This document shows, piece by piece, positions 59,273 through 64,000 of a stretch of DNA of 64,000 bases. Position 1 is the stretch's first letter. Each line of letters begins with the position of its first letter. Where the stretch lies: contig CAXXXF010000006.1 in assembly GCA_963667175.2 (NCBI GenBank), positions 576,001 through 640,000 on the forward strand. Direction: 5' to 3'. Position numbers and translations under genes: made by a program. The notes beneath the pieces were generated by a model. It made no database searches, was not told the origin of the DNA, and worked only from the letters and a program-made list of their open reading frames with translations. Source of the stretch: Candidatus Latescibacterota bacterium (GTDB taxonomy: Bacteria; Latescibacterota; UBA2968; GCA-2709665).

Positions 59273-59736
59273 ACGTCGTCGTCGCCTGCTGGCGGGTTCA
59301 GGGGGATGCCCAGGATCTCGGAGGCTTTTTTTTGGATCTCGAGGATCGTGTTCGCCTGTTCCAATCGTCGTCGCAAACGGGCGATCTCCTTGCGCAGTTG
59401 CTCGTTCTCGACGGATACCTCGTCGCGGCGACGCCCTTTCGGTCCCCGCAGCTTCAACAGCGCCTTGAGCGACCCCTCGCGACGCGCACGACGCCACTGC
59501 GTCAACTGCGAGGAATACAGACCCTCGCGGCGCAGCAGCGCGCCGACTTCACCAGGGGCACGGCACGCGTCGGCCTCTTCCAAGATGCGAAGCTTGTACT
59601 TTGCCGTGAAACGGCGACGCCGCGCACGCGCCGGCACTTCCGGATTCGGCCTCGTGGTTGTGGAGGTCCCGCGCGGGACCTCCACAACCAGAGACCCCTT
59701 GCTGCCGTTGCCTACAACATCGGTCCTTGACCTCAT
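59269..59736 (-). CDS. IS3 OrfA (HTH + zipper)
   Basis: RRRFTAKYKLRIL, LRREGLYSSQL..WR; ATGA coupling to orfB. Confidence 0.88.
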   Translation of the reverse strand: MRSRTDVVGNGSKGSLVVEVPRGTSTTTRPNPEVPARARRRRFTAKYKLRILEEADACRAPGEVGALLRREGLYSSQLTQWRRARREGSLKALLKLRGPKGRRRDEVSVENEQLRKEIARLRRRLEQANTILEIQKKASEILGIPLNPPAGDDDV

Positions 59737-60121
59737 CTCTTGTTCTCCTCTCCGCCCATGATACGACATTAATCTCGAAGGGGGAGTTGTCTCACTCTAT
59801 ATTGGCACGTAGGGAGTTTCAGGTAGAAATTGGACGGGTGAACTATCTTGCTGCAATGGACAGCTGCCGCATGGCTACCACTCGCCACAAGAAGGAGCCG
59901 TTGGGCGGTTGTTTTCGGCTGACAATATGGTCTGAAGAAATTCCGTGCTAATATGCCTTGCCTGAGATGTTCTCCTTCTTGGTGTGTCGAAAATCAATAG
60001 TTCGCGCTACAAATACCGAGTTCCATGGATTTCGCTTGCAGCTTCCGGCACGTCAAGGTAATTTGACGTGCGGTAAACCTCCGAGGCACATCCCTTTCCC
60101 TGCCTAATGGTGTTTTCGCTT

Positions 60122-61255
60122 ATGCCCGACAAACCAGTACTCATCATCGACGGCCATCTGGATATGGCCTTCAACGCCCTGTTCTACCGGCGGGACCTCA
60201 CGCAGCCGGTGCATGTGCTTCGCGAACGGGAAGACGTCGTCCGCGCGGGCCTCTCGACCCATAAGGATTCTCTCGAAAGACGCGCAGGACTCCAGGACAA
60301 ACGCTACACCGTCACCGTTACGCTGCCTGAAATGCGGGAGGGCCACGTGGGCATCATGCTCTCTACGATCATGGCCCGCGTACAGGCCCCGTCCATTGAC
60401 TCCCACAACTCGGTCCGCGCGCAGTCGGTCGCCTACGCCAGGGGTCAGAGCCACCTGCACTACTACAACGCCCTCGCACGCAGGGGAGAGATCACGTTCA
60501 TCAAGAACGCCGGCGACCTGGATGCCTGTGTTTCGTCCTGGGAGCATCCAACGGATACCACCCCGATCGGCCTGATTCTCAGCGCCGAGAGCGCCGACCC
60601 CATCCTGGGGCCCGACCAGGTGCAGGAATGGCGGGACGCCGGCCTTCGCTCCGTATCGCTTACCCACTTCGGCGCCAACACCTACGGCCACGGCACAGGC
60701 ACCGTCGGCGGGCTCTATCCCCCCGCCTACCCCCTGATGGACGCCTTCAAGGACGCGGGCATGGTGATCGACCTCACCCACGCCTCGGACCTCTCCTTCT
60801 GGCAGATCCTCGACTACTGGGACGGGCCGGTCCACGCCAGCCACTGCAACTGCCGCGCGCTGGTTCCCGGACAGCGGCACCTCAGCGACGACATGATCCG
60901 CGCCATCGTGGAACGCGGCGGCGTCATCGGCATGGTCTTTGCCGAACAGATGCTCAGCCCCGCATGGAACTGGGACGATCCATCGACCCACTACGCCACC
61001 GCCACCCGGCCGATGAAGGCCGTTGTCGAACACGTCGACCACGTCTGCCAGTTGACGGGCAACAGCAACCACGTGGCGATCGGCACGGACCTCGACGGCG
61101 GCTTCGGGCTGGAGCTCTCACCCACGGACTACAACACGATTAGCGACCTCCAGCGGTTCCCCCGCATCCTGGAAGCGCACGGATACGACGCCGAAGACAT
61201 CGACTGCATCTGTCACGGAAACCTGATCAGGTTCTTCAAGGAAGCGTGGTCCTGA
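60122..61255 (+). CDS. Membrane dipeptidase (M19)
   Basis: IDGHLD, DLTH, ASHCN, IGTDLDGG. Confidence 0.9.
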   Translation: MPDKPVLIIDGHLDMAFNALFYRRDLTQPVHVLREREDVVRAGLSTHKDSLERRAGLQDKRYTVTVTLPEMREGHVGIMLSTIMARVQAPSIDSHNSVRAQSVAYARGQSHLHYYNALARRGEITFIKNAGDLDACVSSWEHPTDTTPIGLILSAESADPILGPDQVQEWRDAGLRSVSLTHFGANTYGHGTGTVGGLYPPAYPLMDAFKDAGMVIDLTHASDLSFWQILDYWDGPVHASHCNCRALVPGQRHLSDDMIRAIVERGGVIGMVFAEQMLSPAWNWDDPSTHYATATRPMKAVVEHVDHVCQLTGNSNHVAIGTDLDGGFGLELSPTDYNTISDLQRFPRILEAHGYDAEDIDCICHGNLIRFFKEAWS

Positions 61256-61320
61256 TGCCGGTCCTTTCACCCGGCGCGCGCCTTTCCCGGCCACCGGGTT
61301 GTTTCTAACCGGGGTTTCGA

Positions 61321-62403
61321 ATGTCGGACATTCCGTACCTCATCGCAGACAGCCACCTGGACCTCGGGTTCAGCGCGATTCAGGTCAACCGCGACCTCAC
61401 GCAACCGGCCGCGACCGTCCGCGTCCACGACGCCGAGCCCGTGATGCGCAGCTTCGGAAGCTGCACCGTCACCTTTCCGGAACTTCGCCGGGGCAACGTG
61501 GGCATCGTCTTCGGCACGATGATGTCCCGGACCGACCCCAATGACCGCTGGACCCGTACGGGTATGTACTGCCAGGACCAGTGCCACGGCGTGGGCAGGG
61601 GCCATCTGGCCTATTACCAGGCGATGGAGCGCGAAGGCGTGATTCGTTTCATCCGCAATTCGCGGGACCTGGACGAAACGGTGGCCGCGTGGGAGAACCC
61701 GGCCCCGGATACGCCCATCGGGCTCGTGGTGGCCATGGAAAGCGCCGACCCCATCCTGGACCCGTCCCAGGTCCCCGAATGGTACGATCTCGGGCTTCGA
61801 ATCGTGAGTATTTCCCACTACGGCGTCAGTTCCTACTGCCACGGAACGGGCACCGAGGGCGGGTTGCTGGAGCGCGCTAAACCCCTGCTCGCCGCCCTGA
61901 AGGAAGCGGGGATTATCGTCGACCTGACCCACACGACGGACCAGGCCTTCTGGGAGATCCTGGACGTGTACGACGGGCCCGTGGCCGCCTCTCACCACAA
62001 CTGCCGCGCGCTAACCCCCGGACAGCGCCAGCTTACGGACGACATGATCGAGGCCATCATCGAACGAGGCGGCGTGATCGGCGCCGCATTCGATGCCTGG
62101 ATGCTGGACCCGGACTGGAACCGGGACGTTCCATGCTGGGCCCAGAACACAACAGCCACGCTGGAAACCGTGGTCAATCACGTCGACCACGTCTGCCAGA
62201 TCGCCGGCAACGCAAGGCACGCCGGCATCGGTACGGATCTGGACGGCGGTTTCGGGCAGGAACAGTCCCCGCGCGACCTCAACACCATTGCCGACCTTCA
62301 GAATCTGGTCGGCATCCTCCAGCGCCGCGGCTACGCCGAGCCCGATATTCGCAACATCCTCTCCGGCAACTGGGTCCGATTCCTGAAGGAGGTGTGGGAG
62401 TAG
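61321..62403 (+). CDS. Membrane dipeptidase (M19), tandem paralog
   Basis: DSHLD, DLTH, ASHHN, IGTDLDGG. Confidence 0.9.
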   Translation: MSDIPYLIADSHLDLGFSAIQVNRDLTQPAATVRVHDAEPVMRSFGSCTVTFPELRRGNVGIVFGTMMSRTDPNDRWTRTGMYCQDQCHGVGRGHLAYYQAMEREGVIRFIRNSRDLDETVAAWENPAPDTPIGLVVAMESADPILDPSQVPEWYDLGLRIVSISHYGVSSYCHGTGTEGGLLERAKPLLAALKEAGIIVDLTHTTDQAFWEILDVYDGPVAASHHNCRALTPGQRQLTDDMIEAIIERGGVIGAAFDAWMLDPDWNRDVPCWAQNTTATLETVVNHVDHVCQIAGNARHAGIGTDLDGGFGQEQSPRDLNTIADLQNLVGILQRRGYAEPDIRNILSGNWVRFLKEVWE

Positions 62404-62406
62404 GAG

Positions 62407-62450
62407 AACGTGGCAGGGGCCACGCATGCGTCGCCCCTGCCACGTTTTTT
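62407..62450 (+). terminator. Hairpin plus T tract (REP-like)
   Basis: aacgtggcaggggc...gcccctgccacgtt followed by T run. Confidence 0.7.
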
Positions 62451-62466
62451 TACAAACCTGGACAGT

Positions 62467-63936
62467 ATGCCTCCCAAACCGAACCTTCTCCTGATTACAA
62501 CCGACCAGCAGCGCGGCGACTGCCTCGGGTGCGACGGCCATCCGGTACTGGAGACCCCTTATCTGGATGAGTTGGCCGAAGGCGGGGCGCGATTCAACCA
62601 CGCCTACACTTCCGTGCCCTCCTGCACCCCTGCCCGCGCGGGTATCCTCACCGGGATGGACCAGTGGAACCACGGCCGGCTCACGATGACGGGCGCCGAC
62701 CCGCTCGAGTACCCGGCCACGCTGCCCGGCGAACTCGCCAATGCGGGCTATCACACCCAGGCCGTGGGCAAAATGCACTTCCACCCCCAGCGCAGACTCT
62801 ACGGCTTCCACCATATGGTCCTGGACGAGAGCGGGCGGCGTCTGGGCAACTTCATCAGCGACTACCATCAGTTCTTCGATCGACACAAAGAGGGCGAATA
62901 CGGGTACCGGGACCACAGCGTGGACTGGAACTCCTGGATGGCCCGCCCGTCCCATTTGCCGGAACACCTGCACCCCACCCACTGGACGGCCTCCGAAGGC
63001 ATCCGATTCCTTGAGAATCGAGACCCGACCAAACCCTTCTTCCTCTGGCTGTCTTTCGCCCGCCCCCATTCCCCGTACGACGCGCCGCAGACCTACTACG
63101 ACATGTACATTGACAATCCCGATGTGCCCGAAGCGGTCGTTGGTACGTGGTCGGCCCGATACGACCGGCAAATCGCCGACGTAAACGCCCCGCGTACCCG
63201 CCGCACCGATGCCGAGACCCATCGTGCGCGCGCGGCCTATTACGGCAACGTCACCTTCATCGACCATCAGATCGGCCGCGTCCTGCACGAACTGCGCCGG
63301 CGCGACCCAAAGGCCGCGGCCAACACCCTGATCCTGTTCACGTCCGACCACGGCGACATGATGGGCGACCACCACCACTGGCGAAAGACCTACGCGTATG
63401 AAGGCTCCGCCCGCGTCCCCTTCATTCTCAAATTCCCGGAAACCTGGGAAATTCCCCGCAGCCGGACGCTGGCTCAGCCGGTGGAACTGCGAGACATTAT
63501 GCCCACGTTTCTCGATGCCGCGGGCGTATCCATCCCCGAATCCGTAGACGGCTTCAGCCTGTTGGATTTGTGTCGGGGAAGTACCGACGGATGGCGCCAG
63601 TTCGTACAGGGCGAGCACACCACCTGTTACGACAAAGAACACGGCATGCAATACGTTACGGACGGCCGCGAAAAGTACATCTGGTTCCATCATACCGGGG
63701 CCGAGCAATTCTTCGACCTGGAGGCCGACCCATCGGAGTGCATTGACCTCGCGGCCGATGCCGATCGGCAATCACGCATCGACGACTGGCGGGGACGCCT
63801 GGCAGAACTCAACGAAGAACGCGGCGATCCCAGGGGCCGGAACGGCGAACTGGCGCCTCAACCCGACGGCGCGCTGTCGCTGTCGCCCAACTACGAGAGG
63901 TGGAAACAGCGGGCGAAAGCGCTGGAACGCGGGTAA
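62467..63936 (+). CDS. Arylsulfatase
   Basis: TTDQQR, CTPARA, VGKMH, FTSDHGD. Confidence 0.9.
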   Translation: MPPKPNLLLITTDQQRGDCLGCDGHPVLETPYLDELAEGGARFNHAYTSVPSCTPARAGILTGMDQWNHGRLTMTGADPLEYPATLPGELANAGYHTQAVGKMHFHPQRRLYGFHHMVLDESGRRLGNFISDYHQFFDRHKEGEYGYRDHSVDWNSWMARPSHLPEHLHPTHWTASEGIRFLENRDPTKPFFLWLSFARPHSPYDAPQTYYDMYIDNPDVPEAVVGTWSARYDRQIADVNAPRTRRTDAETHRARAAYYGNVTFIDHQIGRVLHELRRRDPKAAANTLILFTSDHGDMMGDHHHWRKTYAYEGSARVPFILKFPETWEIPRSRTLAQPVELRDIMPTFLDAAGVSIPESVDGFSLLDLCRGSTDGWRQFVQGEHTTCYDKEHGMQYVTDGREKYIWFHHTGAEQFFDLEADPSECIDLAADADRQSRIDDWRGRLAELNEERGDPRGRNGELAPQPDGALSLSPNYERWKQRAKALERG

Positions 63937-64000
63937 CCCCGGTTCTATGCCGAGGAGGCCGGGCCGGTGATGCTCGAGGAATTCGCAAAAGACGCCTGAT

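Larger units (their letters stand above)
58226..59807 (-). mobile_element. IS3-family insertion sequence
   Basis: TG...CA ends; imperfect IRs tgtcaatagaaatgagacacctccc / tgccaatatagagtgagacaactccc; orfA + orfB. Confidence 0.88.

Noticed and set aside
62011-63771. Long antisense ORFs (also 37224-38564, 43147-44409, 50238-51434, 6465-7721)
   Set aside because: Shadows of well-supported genes in GC-rich DNA

Overview
GC-rich bacterial chromosomal window. Dockerin/EF-hand-like tags, PhyH dioxygenases and sulfatases resemble Latescibacterota/Gemmatimonadota-like marine or sponge-associated bacteria (inference only). Left to right: two secreted proteins including a large S8 protease; a frameshifted PIN toxin-antitoxin pair; metabolic genes; a ~18 kb minus-strand defence island (12.1-30 kb); catabolic genes; a heme/iron uptake operon (hmuTUV, TonB receptor, porin, imelysin, di-heme oxidoreductase, tandem HmuY, ABM-family heme oxygenase); a 2.1 kb integrase-less islet at tRNA-Pro(TGG) carrying HEPN-like and DUF3800 genes plus a candidate antisense RNA; GmrSD; an IS3-family element; two M19 dipeptidases and a sulfatase. 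The best candidate for an undescribed system is a DUF4258 gene followed by five translationally coupled genes: UPF1-like helicase, wHTH protein, double-HKD PLD, an [N6-MTase with VPPW instead of NPPW]-TRD-STAND ATPase fusion, and a second ATPase with degenerate Walker B. It lies behind a consensus sigma54 promoter whose upstream double box (A[C/T]AA-N6-TTGT x2) recurs in front of an RtcR/CARF-like sigma54 activator at the other end of the locus. All family calls come from motif recognition by eye; no database searches were run.
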